Under the pieces are notes generated by a model. That model was not told the DNA's origin and searched no databases. It worked only from the letters and a program-made list of their open reading frames with translations. Of a stretch of 64,000 bases of DNA, positions 13,132-27,045 are shown piece after piece. The stretch is from Eledone cirrhosa (Eukaryota), in NCBI GenBank assembly GCA_964016885.1, contig OZ024741.1, forward strand, positions 180,606,001 to 180,670,000, given 5' to 3'. The position numbers and the translations under genes are program-made. Numbering within the stretch: the first letter of the stretch is position 1; every line of letters begins with the position of its first letter.

Positions 13132-13383
13132 GTCATAATGTTTATGTATCATAACGTTTATATTTCCGTCACTAATCTCTTTTTCTCCTTTTTCGTTTTA
13201 ACATATATTTATTTCAAAGATTTCACCGTATAGATAACATATATATTTATACATGCATAAAAGACACACCGAGAGACGGTGAACATGTGGTGCCGAAAAC
13301 ATTTCTCATCCAAATCTCAACAATATCAGTATATACACTAGATTTGCTAGCAGAAAACCGCCCATCGGGTGGTTTTCTGCTAG

Positions 13384-15424
13384 TCTATATATATAAAACT
13401 GAGGTTGTCTGTCTGTCTGTCTGTCTACTAAAACGGTCGGCACACATCTCCTCCTAAACCGTACGTTCAAATTTCGGTGAAATTGCTACACTTATAGATG
13501 AAGGTCCGGTGGAGACATCGGTCAAAGGATTTTACAAATTGACTCACGCCAAGGGCAAAAATCGAATTTGTAATGTATTGATATTTCAGTTCAAATGTAT
13601 AAATAGAGATGAGAAACGAGTTATTTCCCATTTATGGCGTCATTTCTTTATCTATTTACGTTACGAATAAACGTGCAAAGGTACAAAAATACGCGAACAG
13701 TTTTCGGGCCAGCAAAATTTTAACCTGCAAAATTCATGAGTTCGAAGTTTCAACATTAAGCTTCCATTTTGCTTCATTTCCATTAAAAAGTCTTTTAAAA
13801 CAATATTTCAGCGCATCAGCCTCGCCATCACCCGAGGCAACACTGCGAGTGTGTTGGCTTGCCTCAAAATTAGAAAGGTTGCCCAGTACTCGCGACGTTG
13901 CTGTCTTTTGCTCTGGTGTTGGCTCCTTTGTTCACCCCTTCCTTTGCATTTTCTTTAATATTGTAGTTTATGTATATATCTTTAAAATATATTTGTTATG
14001 TTATTCTACTGTAAATTTATTTATATGCTCTGTTTATACCCTCAAAAATCTATGAAACTACATACATGTTGCAACTCTCTCTCTATATATATATATCACA
14101 CATATACATATACATCTAAAGAGAGAAAGGGAGATAGGTCGTTATACAGAGAGAGGTACAAGATAATCAGATAGAGTCAGAGAGAGAGAGAATGGCGACG
14201 AACGCTGGTTCACACACAAACACATATATAAATAAAGAGAGAGAGAGAGAGATCTGCGCGTTCTTTATTGTTCTCCATTCTGTAGGAGTAAGAGAGAGAG
14301 AGGGGGTATGAGTGAGAGAAAGAGTGACAGAGAGGGTATGAGAAAAAAGGCAGAGGGATTGAGAAAGAAAGAAAGTTTAAGCAAAGAATCGCTGCTTTCA
14401 ACATTAACGGGATCTTCTGAAACTAATAAATTCTATCTGTGGACGCAGAATTAAATATTTTGAGAAACATTGCAACCGAAGGAAAACAGGAAGACGATAT
14501 TTTGGTTCGTGAAGACATTCCCTGGTAATGAACGAAAAAAAAGCGAGGATAATACGTCGTTATATGGACCGAGAAGAACAATTTCATGGAAAGACGAGAC
14601 CAAGTTCATGGTATAAATGGAGTCGTTAGACTAATATTCTATTTAAAATAACCGAATGATTTCCAGCCTCGGAGTTTAAGAATGATGTAAATAAAATTGA
14701 AAAGGAAAATGACAGAGGTTATTAAAATAGTTGTTTCTACTTTTGGCACAAGGCCAGCAATTACCCAGGACATTACTGGTACTTTATTTTATCGACCCCG
14801 TAAGGATGAAAGGCAAAGTTAACCTCGACGAGATTTTAACTTTGATTTAAAATAGTAAAAGTAAATAGTGAAGATTAAGGCCAGTACATACGCATGCGCC
14901 GACGGACATACACATACATATACATACACACACACAAATACATACGCACACACAAATACACACGCACACGCGCGCATGTGTAAACCGTATGCATTTCTAC
15001 AGTATTTTCACCAAACTTAAGACATAGGTTACTTATGTACTCCGGATGGTCATGGGCACTTTCATTTTTCCAGATATTGATTATAGGGCCTCCCGGCAGA
15101 TAACCCCCTTCAACTGCTTCCTTGGAGTCGACTGAAGCACTGCAATGCAATGCAACAAACATCATAACTTCTGGAGTTCGCAACCGATTTTCACAAAATT
15201 TGACACATGGGCTACGTTTATTCTACAGATGAATGTGAACTCTCAGAATTGGCACATATTGAATAGGGTACCCTTGGGGGCAGGAACCCCCTTTTGGAAA
15301 AAGCCGATGATTTTGTAAAAGTATAGTTTTCGAATAAATGGTATACATAAATGGTATAGTTTTGACATAAATGGTATACATAACTGCTATTTAATACCCG
15401 AGCAACGCCGGGTACCTCTGCTAG
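13384..15424 (+). mobile_element. Non-autonomous Helitron-like element
   Basis: 5' TCTATATATATAAAACTGAGG(TTGTCTGTCTG)n; subterminal hairpin tacccgagcaacgccgggta then CTAG at 15421-24; internal 5'-truncated SINE 14730-14845 with 'ttaaaatagt' TSD. Confidence 0.75.
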
Positions 15425-15576
15425 TATATATATATACTCTTTTACTCTTTTACCTGTTTCAGCCATCCGGCTGAGGCCATGCTGGGGCACCGCCCTTGAG
15501 ATATATATACATATCATATATAATTTACATATATATATATACATATATATATATATATTATATATATATATATATC

Positions 15577-15609
<33 letters not shown>

Positions 15610-15917
15610 CATATATAATTTATATATATATATATCATATATAATTTATATATATATATATATATATCATATATAATTTATATATATATATATATATATA
15701 TATCATATATAATTTATATATATATATATCATATATAATTTATATATATATATATATATATCATATATAATTTATATATATATATATATCATATATAATT
15801 TATATATATATATCATATATAATTTATATATATATATATATATATATCATATATAATTTATATATATATATATATATATGCATATCATATATAATTTAAA
15901 TATATATATATATATAT

Positions 15918-16223
15918 ATATTAATTCAAAATATTAATAAATGTAGACATTCACGTAATCAAAATATATTTTATTATATATATTTTGGAGGTATGTGCTG
16001 TTTTTTCAGTACATCCTCATTCAGTACGTCCTCATGCTGAAAAAACAGCACAATACCTCTGAAATATATATAATAAAATATATTTTGATTACGTGAATGT
16101 CTACATTTATTAATATTTTGAATTAATATTAATAACTCCAGAAAACTTTTTTTGTTGAGTGCTTCTAATCTATTGTAAAACTATATTCATTGATTAATCA
16201 ATGAACCTTGTTTAACTTTTGGT
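15918..16223 (+). mobile_element. Fold-back insert in (TA)n (Penelope-like 3' end)
   Basis: Inverted arms ~15918-16009 / 16037-16129; unpaired tail with 'aactcc...ttgttgagtgctt'; HHR-type 'gaaa-tatata-ta' half. Confidence 0.65.
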
Positions 16224-16344
16224 TATATATATATATATGTATATCATCATCGTTTAACATCCATTTTCCATGCTAAAAAATATCCCACGTGGATTTGTGT
16301 GTGTGCACACATCTACCAGTCTATCTATCTATCTATCTATATAT

Positions 16345-19313
16345 CCGATAGAGAGGGGTGTAATAGCCTCAAAGGGTTAATCGGTCGATTTGACCTGGCC
16401 GATAGATATCGACTAGATTTTCCGACTGCGCCAACCTGGACTTGGGCAAATCGTAGCGGATCATCTAGGTCGTACCTAGATAGGTTCTTAGTTAGAATTA
16501 AGGATAAGGACTTTTTAAGTTGTCCAAAAATGCGCATTGTTGGCTATTCAGACCACAAATTAGTGACCTGCATGGTCAACCTTGACAGAACTCATAGACA
16601 GGGCCCCGGTTACTGGAAGCTCAACTTGTCCTTGCCGGCAAGTAGAGCCTACAGGAATCGGATTAGTACGTTAGTTAAGGAACGGTTGACTGGAGCGATC
16701 GTCAACAGCAGGTGGTGGGTATCTCTAAAGAGAGAGATTAGAGTAGTCTCGATAGAATTTAGTAAGGTTCTAGCTGCGGATAGGAATAGGAAGGAAAGGG
16801 AGCTAATAGATAGAGTAGAAGAGGCAATTAGAAGCGGCGACGTGGCCAGAGTGCTAGCGTCGAGAACGGCTTTGAGCCAGTTTTTCGACGCGAAGCACGA
16901 AGGCTGCGTTGTCCGAAGTAAAATACGTGCTCTAGGGAACGAGGGGACCAAAGCTGTTAGCTGGGCCCGCGTGACAGAGGCCAACAGTGGAACTAAATCC
17001 ACCATCCGGTCTTTGCGAGACCTGGATGGACGGGCGATTCTTGAGCCTAAGCAGATGTGTGAGGCCTTTCAAAGGCACTTTGCCCGACTGTTCGGGAGGG
17101 GCGGGGAGCCGGTTGGGAACGTGGACTTCGGTCCATACCTCGACGGCCTGCCGCGCCTCTCGGACAGGGAGGCGAAGTCCTGCGAGGAGCCGATTTCGGC
17201 CGCTGAGATAGAGGACGTGCTGAGCCAATGCGGCAAACGCAAATCCCCGGGTCTCGATGGTCTTCCTTACGAATTATATCTAGCTATGCCGGACTTGTTC
17301 CCCGATCTCCTCGAGGCGGTCTACTGCAACTGGCAACAGAACGGGAGAATTCCCTGTACTGTGACCAAGGGCGTAGTCACGCTAGTGAGGAAGGACGAGA
17401 ACAAGGGGGACGAAATAAGTAACTTCAGGCCCATAACACTGCTAAATACAGAGTTACAGATTTTGGCCAAGGTGCTAGCAAAGAGGTTGGCGCTTGTCGT
17501 GGGCAACCTGGTGGGAGATGCGCAGACATGCGCTATCCCGTCCAGGTCCATCCATGACAACCTCCACCTCATGCGATACATCATAGAGAGGGTTGGGAAC
17601 GAACCCGGCTTTGGTGGGGCTCTGATCAACTTGGATCAATCTAAGGCGTTCGATAGGGTCGACCATGGTTACCTGGATGCGGTGCTAGCGGCGGCAGGCT
17701 TCGGACCCGTTTTCAGGGGCTGGATCACTGCTATGCACAGCAGCCGCATCTGCTCTAGGGTCAAGGTGAACGGCTACCTCTCGGAGCCGTTCAAAATCGC
17801 GCGGTCCATCCGACAAGGGTGCCCTCTCTCCTCCCTTCTGTATGTGTTGACTCTCGAGCCACTACTGCGGAAGTTGGAGTTGTTGCAGGGCATCCCTTTG
17901 GAACCGGGATTGCGGAAAGCGGTGTCGGCCTACGCCGATGACGTGACAGTAATGGTGTCGACGGCCTCCGAAATCGAGGCGGTCGGCACCTTACTGGAGG
18001 AGTACGAAAAGTTCACAGGGGCTAAGCTGAACCGGGACAAGTCGATCGGTTTGCAACTCGGCACGTGGAGGGGCAGACCGATGCCCTCCGATAGCGTCGT
18101 CGGACGCTGGACGGAGGGCCCGGTGAAGTTGCTCGGGGTCTGGTTCGGACCGGACCTCCAGGTGGAGAAAAACTGGGCGGAGGTTACGAACAGGGTGTTT
18201 GCACTGACCCAGAAGTGGGCCAGTTGCAAACTATCCCTGAAAGGTCGGGCGGAGGTGGCGAACACCTACATAGCGTCCGTCATCTACTACCGCCTGACCG
18301 TAGTGCCCTGCCCAAGGGAAACCCTCACCAAGATGGAGCGCGCGCTCTTCCAATTCCTTTGGAAGAGGCGGGCTCCTATGGTGAGGAGATCCATCTGCTG
18401 TCAACACCCTTCGAAAGGAGGGCTGGGGATGCCGTGGCTAATGATGCGTAAACACGCATTAAGGCTACGGCACCTCTACGTATTCCTCACCGGACAACCG
18501 GTGTGGGCCTCGTTTGTGAGACGAACCTTTCCCAGACTCGTCTCACTCACCGAGCTGCAATCCTGGGTCAAGCAAAGACCGAGAAAACTGGGCGCCTGGC
18601 ACACTGAGTGTGCCCAGGCGCTCACCGCCCTCTGGCAGGCGGATCCGGTTATCAGTGGAGACTCCACCGCAACATTCTATAGAGGGCTGGTACGCAGCAG
18701 GTGCGACGACGCCCTCGGAGAAGCCCTAGACATGGAGGAGGACGAACTGGCCAGCCTGTTCGGTAGGACATTCAGCCCGGGACCTATGGACAACTTCCAG
18801 AAGTCCCTGGCCTGGCAGTGCTACCGAGGGGCTTTACCCGTTCGAGAAAGGCTCTACAGACACGGGCGCCCGGGTAGGGACCCCGCCAAAAAGATCTGTC
18901 CCAGATGCGTGTGCGACGAGGAAACCGTTGCACACGCATTAGTACACTGCTCGGGCGTAGCCGATCTGTGGGGCTATGTCGAACAACTGCTGTCAAGGGT
19001 GGGACCGATCCGGTTGACCACCGAGTCTATTGTAATGATCAAGCCGCCTCCCCCCTTCAAAGATGAAGCAGAGGCGGTGTTTCTGTGCGTAATAGCCATG
19101 GCGAAAGAGGTTGTATGGTGGACGCGTCTGAAAGGACTGAGGTCGGGCACCTTTCTCTCTGGCCAACAACTGGTCCGTTTCTTCCGATATCATTTCGGAA
19201 GAAGGATCAGGATGGAGAGAGAGGTGCTGCACCCCAGCCGTTTCTATGAAAGATGGGTGAAAGTGGCGAGAATGGCCCGTGTGAATGGGCCTTCACTCTA
19301 CATCAGACTATAG
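16345..19313 (+). CDS. ORF2 remainder: APE endonuclease C-terminus, reverse transcriptase, zf-RVT-type CCHC finger
   Basis: SYLDRFL/GYSDHK, YWKLN, KSPGLDG, FRPITLLN, LDQSKAFDRV, RQGCPLS, YADDV, LSLKGR, GGLG, CPRC...ETVAHALVHC; no stop over ~990 codons; first ~15 aa of the ORF-track call are flank. Confidence 0.92.
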
Positions 19314-19577
19314 GTGAGGAAGATGAAAGACCAAGGGAGCACCCCTTCTCTGTGCTCCTGAGGAGAAGGGTTGCACACTTTTTTCGGGGGTGTGTGCGAC
19401 CCCCCAAGGCGCCTCCTCTCTATTGAGGATTTTGTTAAAAATTTTATTTTTTGTTATATCTTATTTTATTTTTATATTTTGTTATTGCCTTCTCCTTATT
19501 GAGGACGCCTTTTTGTGTAAACTCCCCCCTTTGTACTTGTCCCACTTTTGATGCCCTAGTGGCAAATAAAAGAAATA
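16345..19577 (+). mobile_element. 5'-truncated Tx1/L1-like non-LTR retrotransposon
   Basis: GC-rich island with ORF2, ~260-bp 3'UTR, AATAAA at ~19565; 'tatctatatat' at 16334-44 and 19578-88 as candidate TSD in (TCTA)n/(TA)n. Confidence 0.92.
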
Positions 19578-19845
19578 TATCTATATATATATAAATATAC
19601 GCATGCACATGTGTATGTATATGTATGCCAATATAACTGTACATATAATGTATAGTATAACTCTTTCCATGCATCATTCAAAAGAACTGACTTAAGCAGA
19701 AATGTTTTTATTTCTGGTATTTTTTACATGAAATAAACTCTGTACACAGTTACTATATAGTAAACCTGTTTATTGATAATATCACAATGTCTCTGTTGAA
19801 CAGATAGATTATGCAAATAAAGTCTGAATGTGATTGAGCATAGAA

Positions 19846-22100
19846 CATCATCATCATCATCACCGTTTTACGTCCGTTCTTCCACGCTAGTATGGGTTAG
19901 ACGGGTTGTCCTGTTGTGGGCAGTGTCTGGTCGGCTGACCATGCCTTGCTCATACAGGAACTGATTTTGGCTTGATTTCTACAGCTGGATGCCCTTCCTA
20001 ACACCAATCTCATTTACAGTGAGTACTGGGTGCTTTTTTCCATGGCGCCTACATGTCCAGTTTACAGTGTGGGCTTGGGTGCTTTTTTGCCGTGGCACCT
20101 CCACGACCACTTTGCAGTGGGAGGGTGTGGGGGCATATTGTCTATATGCTTCAGCTTGTACCCATGGGAGGTCGGGTACTCTTACTGTGTGACGCCAGAG
20201 GTCACGGTCATGTGTCATCGCCTTTGAGAGGTGTAATTGGGTAAGGTCGGCTTTTATCACCTCATCTCAGGTTCTTGGGTCTCCCCACTCCACGGTTTCC
20301 ATTGACTTCTAGTGCTCTGCACCTTTTTATGCAGCTGTCATCCTTCATACGCATCACATGTCCATACCAACGCAACCGCCTCTCCTGTACACAGCATTTG
20401 ATTCCTCTTATGCTCAGTCTCTCTCTCAATTCATTTATGCTTTGCCGTTCGCATATATTACTATTACACATCCATCGGAGCATGCAGGCTTCGTTTCTTT
20501 CTAATCTATGTAACTCTTCCACCTTCAGCGCCCAGGTCTCACTACCATGTAACATTGCTGTTCGTATACAGCAATGAGGGAGAAGCCTTTTGCAGCTAGC
20601 AGTGGCTGTAGTTCCCTTAACTTCTTCCATCCCGTTCTTACCCTAGTTATTGTACTTTCTGAACACCCACCTCCGCTGCTAATTCGGTCACCTAGGTAGC
20701 AGAAGCTGTCTACTGTTTCTACAGAGCCCTCCCAGAGATTGGTGGTACTTGTTTCCTGTGGCTGTTTGCTGCTTGCTGTCCCAGCACAGCTGCTACATGT
20801 GAAGCCTACATTCTTAATTAAGCTTCCTGAGATCCCGCTACATCTCTTGTGTACCCATTGTTTGCTTTTGGGGCAGAGAATGGAGTTCCTACCTACACCC
20901 TTCCTACATACTGAGCAAGGCCATTTCCCTGAGGGGATCTGGGTTCTGTTTTCTAGTCTACTTACAAGGACCTTAGTCTTTGTCATGTTGACTTTGAGAC
21001 CCTTTCTTTCTAGTCCCTGCTTCCAAGTTTGGAATTTCTTCTCTAGTTCTACCATAGATTCAGCTATAAGTGCGAGGTCATCAGCATACAGGAGTTCCCA
21101 TGGGCATCCGGTCTTAAACTCCTCTGTTATTGCCTGCAGGACTATGATGAACAGGAGAAGGCTAAGAACAGAGCCCTGGTGGACACCAACCTTTACGCTA
21201 AATTCCTCGCTATACTCATTGCTAATCGTAACTTTGCTGACTGTTCTCCTATACATGGCTTGTACAGCTTTCACAAGCCATTCATCTACTCCTAGTTTTC
21301 TAAGAGCCCAGCCAAGCCTAGCTTCCCTGTGGTCTCTATGCAATGTACCCTACTTCCCTCGTTCTTCCATTCTTTCCATGCCTGTCTCTTGGCTTTAACT
21401 GCCTCATCTACCTTATTGTTCCACCACCAAGTCACTCTCCTCCTGCTTGTGTCTTACTCCAGCCACAGATCTCATCTGTCGCCTCTAGTAAGTTATTTTT
21501 TAGGAACTCCCAGTGCTCTTCTACATTGAATATCTCTATCTGTTCTTCTTTACTGTCGTTGGCGTTGAGTAAAATATCTTTAAATCTGTTACTGGCTGAC
21601 GGGTCTTTCAGCTTCCAGATCTTTCTTCTCCAGGTTGGCCTCTGTTTCCAGGTTTGTTTAGTTCTGACCGTGAGGTCGCTGACAACTAAGCTATGTTGGG
21701 AGGTACATTCCTCATTAGGGAAGGCTTTTGTGTTTACGACCATCCATCTGTCACATCCTCTGATGAGGATAAAATCTATCTGACTAGAATGCTCCCCTGA
21801 TCTATAGGTGATCAGGTGGTTGTCGGGTTCTTTTGAAGTTTGTGTTACATATCGACATGTCATTGGCGTCGCAGAATTCTCGAAGTCTGAATCCTTCTTC
21901 ATTTCTTGTGCCAACCCCATGGCCTCCATGGACTCTATTGAAGCCATCACAGTGTTTACCTACGTGTCCGTTAAAATCTCCTGCGTTGATTAGGAAGTCA
22001 TTGTCGTTTGTTAGAGCAGTAGTGTGCATTAGGGACTCGTAAAACCTATCCTTAAGCTTGTCTGGCAACCCCGATTGGAGTGCGTAAGCTGATATTAAAC
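19846..22100 (-). mobile_element. RTE LINE (family A), frameshifted and internally deleted
   Basis: EN: AGDFNGHVG, SQIDFIL, SQHSLVV; RT: GVHQGSVLS, LLYADDL; PHD-like WPCSVC..WVHKRC; RRLRWYGHV; the N-terminal RT is missing near 21330; (CAT)n tail 19846-63. Confidence 0.92.
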
Positions 22101-22307
22101 AAGTTACACTAAAAGTTACACTAAAAGAACAAGTTACACTAAAAGTATGTTCATAGCAGAACAAAGAATTTTAGTGGTCAAAAGTCTAGGGAGGCTAGGT
22201 ACAAGGAAGTCAGCTTGGACACAAGAAAATAACAAAAGTTCATAAACTTTAACGTATTAAAAGAATTAGAAGTTCAGTGCAAACATTGTGCATATCACAT
22301 ATATATA

Positions 22308-22510
22308 ACATCATCATCATCATTCAATGTCAATTTCTCCACTCTGGCATGGGTTAGACAAGTTATCCTGTTGTGAGCAATGCTAGGTCAGGTGACCATG
22401 TCATGCTCATTCAGAATCGATTTTGGCTTGATTTCTATAGCTGGATGTCCTTCCTAGCGCCAACCTCATTTACAGTGAGTAGTGGGCAGTTTTTGTTGTG
22501 GCGCCTACCT
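22308..22510 (-). mobile_element. RTE family-A 3'UTR fragment
   Basis: Homologous to 19860-20050 with (CAT)n tail. Confidence 0.8.
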
Positions 22511-22715
22511 AATACATCATTGTCATCATTTAATATTTGTTTTCTCTGCTAGCAAAGGTTTGATGGGTCTTCACTGACTGACACCTTTTCTTTCTCTGCT
22601 GTGAGTTTTTGCACCTGTTTGTATTATGAGTGCAAGAAACAAGACTTAATTTCAAGACAGGCTTTGCATTAATAGCCTTTTGTAGTTCAATCTGGATAGA
22701 TCGAACAACAAATAG

Positions 22716-22918
22716 CATGTAAATACCCTATTTTTAGGCCTTCGAAGGGAACCATGCAGACTCTACAATATCCAGTCCCATTAACTTGCTTCAAGGGCGT
22801 TTTAACCTCCTGATTGAACTACAAGTAGCATATAAATGTCCTCATTTTAGGCCTTCAAAAGAAACCATGCAGACCCTACAATATGTCAATCCCATTAACT
22901 TGCTTCAAGGTCGCTTCC
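22716..22918. repeat. Diverged ~110-bp tandem duplication
   Basis: 'ttttaggccttc...aaccatgcagac.ctacaatat...cccattaacttgcttcaagg' twice. Confidence 0.85.
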
Positions 22919-23004
22919 ATGACTCAGCCCTCACTGGCAGGGTGAGTTCTGTATTCTAGCCTGAACCCCCACCAATGTCTCCCCAGCAAGACCAAGGACT
23001 CTGG

Positions 23005-23362
23005 GTACTTTACAGTTGTAATGAAGCAGTGGTAGTGCCATGACAAAAATCACCCATCTCATCCTGTAATGAGGTAGTGCTAGTGCCATGACGAAAAGCA
23101 CCCAGCCCACCCTGTAAAGTGGTAGTACTGGTGCCAAGATAAAAAGCATCCAGTCCACTGTGTAAGGTGGTTGGTTTTAGAAAGGCATTCAGCTATAGAA
23201 ACCTTCTCCTAGTACACACTGTAAAGTTATTAGCATAAGAAGGGCATTCAGCCATAGAAACCAAGCCAAAACAAAGTGTACAAACAGGATCTAGTCACCT
23301 GACTGGTCTGGCTTTGACATGCAAGCATGGAAAATAGACATTAAATGGTGATGATGATGATT
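23005..23362 (+). mobile_element. Old SINE/RTE-3'UTR-type fragment with internal repeats
   Basis: Repeated 'gtgcca.ga.aaaagcacccag..cactgtaa' units, 'agggcattcagccatagaaa', (GAT)n tail. Confidence 0.65.
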
Positions 23363-24261
23363 ACATATACATATATATATATATGTATATATAAATATCA
23401 TTCAATACACACACACACACTCACACACATATATATGATATCTGTGTATGTATGTGTGTGTGTGTGTGTATATGTATACATGTGTATGTGTATAATAGTA
23501 TTAGTAATATTTCAGTTTAGAGAGTGTAAGAAAGACAGCACGCTTTCCGTTTAACTTCTTAAGAGCTTCCCCATTTGGCACTAAGATGACGTTGCAGTCA
23601 TTCATGTTGGCTACTTTTAGAATATGGCTCCTTAGATGTATTACCTAAATCCCTTTTTTTCTGTCTTGACCAATCCACCTACTCCTCTTTCTCCTTCTCC
23701 TTCTTCTTCTTCTTCTTCTTCTTCTTTTTCTTCTTTTTCTTCTTCTTCTTCTATTGTTATTAGTATCACCATCATCATCTAAATTATTATTTGTAAGATT
23801 AGGTTAAAAATATATTCTTTGGAGGAGTATTTAGTAGTTTCTACAATTTTTCTCTGTCTTCTTGCCTCTCTTCCCTGTTCCCTCTCTCACCTATTCCCTG
23901 GTTTTCTCTCTCATCTTCCCTCCCCCTTCCACTATTTTACCTCTCAGTTCTCTCTCTTTCCATTCTCTCTGTTTGTTTCTCTTATTTCTTTATTTTTTTA
24001 AATTCTTTTTTATTTATTTTTTCTTATATTGTTTTGTTTTTCTATTTTTCTGCTTGATTCCTCTCCAATATAAATCCATTTGATTGGCAACTAATGTTTT
24101 CTTTTTTATCATTTCTATCCCTGTTGGCTAAGAAACCTACCAATCACTTTTCTTTTTCTCTTCTCTCCTCTCTCTAATTTTTATTTTACTATTTTACTTG
24201 TTTTTTTTTCCTCTTCCATGAATTAAAATAGGGCAAGAAAAGCAAATGTTTTCACCTCAAA

Positions 24262-24480
24262 CTATCATAACAACAACACCAATACCATCATTACTATCAC
24301 TACCACCATCAACAAAAACAACCATAACACCACAACCATCACAAACACCACCAGCGCCACCATTACCACAACCACCACTACCATCGTTACTATCATCAAC
24401 ACCACAACTACCACTACCACAATCACCCTCACCACCACCTCCACCAACACCAGTATTATCATCACTACAAACAATAAACA
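24262..24480. repeat. (CAC/CAA/CAT) low-complexity tract
   Basis: Direct inspection. Confidence 0.9.
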
Positions 24481-25764
24481 ATCACAAGGAAAAAAGCTAG
24501 GAATTTATTGGGGTTAGCTGAGGTGGGAGTAAGATGTTTCTTTTTTTCATGGAATGGGCAATGCCCATTGCTTCCACAGCCCCTCCAAATGTGGTGAGAT
24601 ATTCTTGACCTCACAATCCCTCCAAAGTCAGTAAGATCACCCTTCACAGCCCATTCAAGAGTGGTGAGATCACCTTAGGCATTTACAGCCCCTTCAACAT
24701 ATTTGATATTTCTTCCCGAACAACTGTTAATTGACAATTGATATTGGCAATGAATAAATTAAAAAAATATAACATGAATAAGGATGCAATTTATGAGGTA
24801 TGACATTCTAGAGAGAGAAGGTTTGTGTTGGGCTTGGGAGGTGGGGAGAGAATTTGGGTAGAGTTGGTTTTAAGCAAACAGGTGGGGAGGCACTAATCTG
24901 GAATTTCTAAGTTTGTTCCTCTGCCCTACTGGTAAATAGTCATTAACCGACAGTTAGGTACATTTGTTCTTTTGACAGGCATTGTTTCTGTCCTGCTGTA
25001 GTTATAACACACACATGCACACACAGACACACACACTCACTCACAGGTCCCAAATAATAGTGAGGAGCTGGAATAAGGGGAAGAGTTGGAAAATCGGTAA
25101 TTTTTCTATTAATTTGATATTTTTCTATTAATTTGATATTTTTACAAACCAGAATTTGTAGTTTAGTTTACATATTGAGACCCCAACCCATCCTATTTAT
25201 TTTATAATGTATGGGATTTCTAGTAATGTACTGTTTTTGTCATGTATAATGTTTTTTGATGTATAAAGAAAATTGTCACAGGAATGCTACTACTTAAAAT
25301 AAAATTCCGCCAGAGATAGAATAGCAAAATTTAATAAGCAGGGGAGTAGGAATATTCGAGACCCGAGTGTACATACATGCATACATACTGAGATCTGAGC
25401 ATACATGCATACATACTGAGATATGCACTTAGAAACATACACACCTACCTGCTTACCTGCCTATTTACATACATACATACATACATACACATTATATATA
25501 TATACGCACACACATACATATTTTTATATATACATAGGACCTCTGTGGATTTTAACAATGTGTTCCAGTTGTTTGATCAATTGAACAGCCTGCACATGAA
25601 ATTAACATGCATGTGACTGAGCATTCCACAGGCATGGTTGACTCAAGACTTTGGTAAATAACCCTTTCTTAAGATGTCCCACAAGAGGATCAAACCTGGT
25701 ATCTAATGATTATGAAGCATACCTCTTAACCATTTGACCATGCTGTTTCCACATATGTTGGACA

Positions 25765-26290
25765 TTAGTCAGTTCTGATCATGAGTTTTCCACATACAAG
25801 TAGCTGAGTGTTTCTATGGACCTCTGGAGTTTGCAAATCCTTTACCCAAAATACATGTTCAGTTTCTGACCTTTGATCATTGGTGGTATATGATATATAA
25901 CCACCTGTTTGGACAAATGTATGATTGAACTTTGATTTGTTGAAAAAGAACGCAGTTCCATAATTCATAAGCTTCAAATGACCATGATATCTGAAACCTT
26001 TAAAATCTGTAAAACATTCTTAAGATTCAAAAAATGAATGGTTGCATCAGGAACAACAGGAATTTTCTTTTCTTTATGACTTTACCACTGGAAACACACA
26101 CACACTCTCTCTATTCCATGACCTAAAGCCATCCATCCTTACCATGTCATTACAACCTAAGGCCATCCATGCCAGTGTTATCCTCCTGTTCAATCTAACG
26201 TCATCCACACTGCTGACATAATGAAAATCCAACAGCACTGAACTAACATTATGTCCGCCACACTCAACTTTGAAATATCATTTCATGAAC
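25765..26290 (-). pseudogene. Highly decayed CR1/L2-like RT remnant
   Basis: Minus strand resembles 'LDL.KAFD.V.H..L.KL..YG' (ttgaatcttaagaatgtttt...catggtcatttgaagcttatgaattatgga). Confidence 0.4.
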
Positions 26291-26819
26291 CCATAAATCT
26301 GTAACTTCTGATGGTGATTTAGGGGCACTGCTGTAACATACAGCATGTTTTGGGCATTTAAACTGGGCAGTATCCCATCTCTTTCCAGATTAGAACACAG
26401 TTACCTTAAGGGCATGAATAGCAAAGTCAACCTCAGTGAGATTTGAACTCAGAACACTGAGAACCAGAAAAAATAGCAGAAAGCTTTCTATCTGACTTTT
26501 TATAATGACTCTGCCACTTTGCAGCCATTTTGAAATACACTGATCAAAATAGTTTCCTTTCATAAAAAGAAACTAGAATAAATTTATTCTTAGGTCTCTT
26601 AACAAATTCATATGAATTACATTTTATGTTGTTTGTTTGACTGCGGTTAATTTTTTTTTAATTTCATATATTTTTCTTTATTCTCAGTCTTTAAAATGTG
26701 AATGTGTGTGTGTGTGTGTGTGTGCATGCATACAGGTTTCTCTGCTGATTGTGCCTGTCAGCATTATTTTTCCTCTCTGTTATGTGATACATTAAATATA
26801 TTAATGCCACCCTACTAGT

Positions 26820-26866
<47 letters not shown>

Positions 26867-27045
26867 TGCACACACACACACACACACACGCACATGCACA
26901 CACACACACACACACATCATCATCAACTTCATTATTTAATGGCCATTGCTTTCCCTGCTATATGTATATATATATATATATATACACACACATGCACATA
27001 CCCATGTATACATATATATGCATATATATATATATATATATATAT

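Larger units (their letters stand above)
11782..13383 (+). mobile_element. Non-autonomous Helitron-like element(s) with nested SINEs
   Basis: 5' TC + 'tataa...(gtct)n'; second 5'-like motif at ~12655; 3' palindrome ctagcagaaaacc.cccatcggg.ggttttctgctag ending in CTAG. Confidence 0.55.

Noticed and set aside
13609-14055. 148-aa ORF
   Set aside because: No recognisable motif; lies inside a non-autonomous Helitron-like element
16345-19313. Bacterial contamination or group II intron RT (high GC)
   Set aside because: APE-RT-CCHC layout, AATAAA and TSD indicate a Tx1/L1 LINE
24246-24500. Proline-rich ORF (also 58120 poly-P/H and 49687 poly-Q)
   Set aside because: Low-complexity trinucleotide tracts without convincing splice context
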